A DNA stretch of 63,989 nt, filler included, from Basidiobolus ranarum (lineage: Eukaryota), in assembly GCA_040143965.1 (NCBI GenBank). It is 6 parts of 6 records of this genome, joined end to end, with 100 filler letters (N's around TTAATTAATTAA, not from the genome) between each part and the next. Parts side by side here need not be neighbours in the genome. Positions count along the whole stretch, not along the records: positions 54,325 to 63,989 come from JASJQH010007670.1; 5 more parts are not named here. The stretch is one strand, 5' to 3'. The first letter of the stretch is position 1; each line of letters starts with the position of its first letter. The notes beneath the pieces are model-generated. The model saw only the letters and a list, made by a program, of their open reading frames with translations. It was not told where the DNA came from and searched no databases. Shown here piece by piece: positions 63,601-63,989 of this stretch. The translations under genes were made by a program, and so were the position numbers.

Positions 63601-63820
63601 TGAAAGATTTGGTAGATTTCTCTAGTTTTTGGTTAGCTTCTTCGATGGTAGCTTGAAGATCCGACACGGTAAGTTGTAAATCATCGATCTCTTGCTCATG
63701 ATTTTCACGCATGGACTCAAGCTCTTGGGCTTGTTCTGTGAGTAGAGCTTCCTTCTCAGCAGTCCATTTTTGTCCAGATTCCAAATGGATTTTAGTTTCT
63801 TCCTCCAATTTGGACTTCAA
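60692..63820 (-). CDS. Long coiled-coil protein with C-terminal HMMR/KIF15-like motif, probably 5'-incomplete
   Basis: Over 1000 aa of E/Q-rich coiled coil ending in LLGHTNSKQKIKHITQLKEENIIL. The ORF begins at a TTG, so upstream exon(s) are likely. Confidence 0.75.
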   Translation of the reverse strand: MKSKLEEETKIHLESGQKWTAEKEALLTEQAQELESMRENHEQEIDDLQLTVSDLQATIEEANQKLEKSTKSFNKESQAIQKTIQDLETDLTDARETLIKKTEEFDESISAKKKKIRSLKKELQETNDQHSKQTKELQDSIDSLNAELEENQATITSLQEQVEQLESTVEQINHVLKELRESSSKEMMDLNMKIKSVNTEYEEYRDTKSIEISELNGTIEQVNSELAQLRESSDSQIDQLNVKLEEKQATISSLQEEVEELENSVEKINRDLEEHQQSNSKEVNSLNKKIKSVNKKFDEYRNTKSTEISELNSAIEQANFELAQLRETSDSQIGDLNHELEEKQATISSLQEEIEELESTVEQINHDLKEHGESSSKEIADLNAKINSVNKEYEEYRDTKTIEISELNGHIEQLDTELAQLRESSDNQIGDLNNELEEKRATISSLQEEVEGLESSVEQISRDLEGLRLSSSTEIVDLNMKIKSVNQEFEEYRDTKSIEISELNSTIEQVNTELAQQRESSDHQIEGLNTEIERISQEFDEHRDSTAAEIAELNRTIERVGIELKEEQDSNANAVANLNEAIQVANREFEEYRESSTQEIARLEQELEQIGEELIETQSYLEGEIQARDQQIELLVSDAKSKYIQQKELEKLQMETIQDLTLKATESDLQIHLLGNEAEILREQLEASEQQVQQLNDLFENFQLSSQTYESDDVQEIERLSEEFHLLDGEVTHLRQDIHSNFEEIQIEKEISDSLIHITSQLSDVSQIRDQLESNLALSLLSKMRLEFEEERQTLKEEAEQSQAIAIATNEEQAKRIQELEAKLAQMNEQSEAHVKASTQFLQQQLEQNERELDRQEREIDSLNRRLDQDMTTWLSERKRLAHIANTAEAEVERLILEVDTLRNKANVADNARMEMEEQMQLQSQFLAQKHSMAFDELAKINGQNAKLLGHTNSKQKIKHITQLKEENIILRKENLTLCKVRDQYKIKVMRLERDLEAYQSVTANSGKVIRSRAERATRNGVISPPLDSVDEATLGSDQSEY
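62233..63385 (-). repeat. Intragenic tandem repeat, 288-nt (96-aa) unit, about 4 copies
   Basis: TCAACTCGGAGATCTCAAT recurs at 62311, 62599 and 63175 (variant ~62887), spacing 288 nt. Boundaries approximate. Confidence 0.9.
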
Positions 63821-63989
63821 CTCATTGCTGTTGGAATGGCTTGCTGGCCAATAATTTTAATCTACTTAAATCTTCCTACTTCTGAACGGTATAAGAGTCA
63901 TAATGTTTTGATACTATCCATCATATCTGGACCTAAATCACCAGTGCTTATAGATAGCTTCTTGGAGCCTTTGATTGCGGAATTTGAAC

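Noticed and set aside
1-63989. tRNA or rRNA genes
   Set aside because: No cloverleaf/T-loop context or rRNA-like sequence recognised by eye.

Overview
Eukaryotic, AT-rich DNA with short GT-AG introns, consistent with an early-diverging fungus (a Basidiobolus-like zoopagomycete is a guess, not established). The window is not contiguous: six ~10.7 kb contigs in decreasing size order are joined by artificial 100-nt linkers (N44-TTAATTAATTAA-N44), so synteny holds only within a contig. Most genes are housekeeping: CDS1, DPS1, an SRSF7-like SR protein, BMS1, MDM31, LAMTOR2, allantoicase, HEM1, RPS30, VPH1, RPL6, NHP2, ESF2, GAR1, a CLC/GEF1 transporter, a Nab3/NCOA5-like RRM protein, DBP9, a PA-TM-RING E3, RPL31 and an HMMR-like coiled coil. 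Contig 5 (43481-54224) is an accessory island with a LAPTM-like 4-TM protein, a secreted GH5 endoglycoceramidase, an intronless bacterial-type DUF3626 protein (possible ADP-ribosyltransferase fold) and a plant-type PSPG-box UDP-glycosyltransferase, ending in a foldback transposon arm also present complete at 15404-16136. Other notable signals: a His-to-Pro change in the VPH1 proton-path helix, an ALA synthase lacking CP heme-regulatory motifs, an obligatory 4- or 16-nt micro-exon in the SR gene, a nested 96-aa/25-aa coiled-coil repeat, and telobox/E-box motifs.
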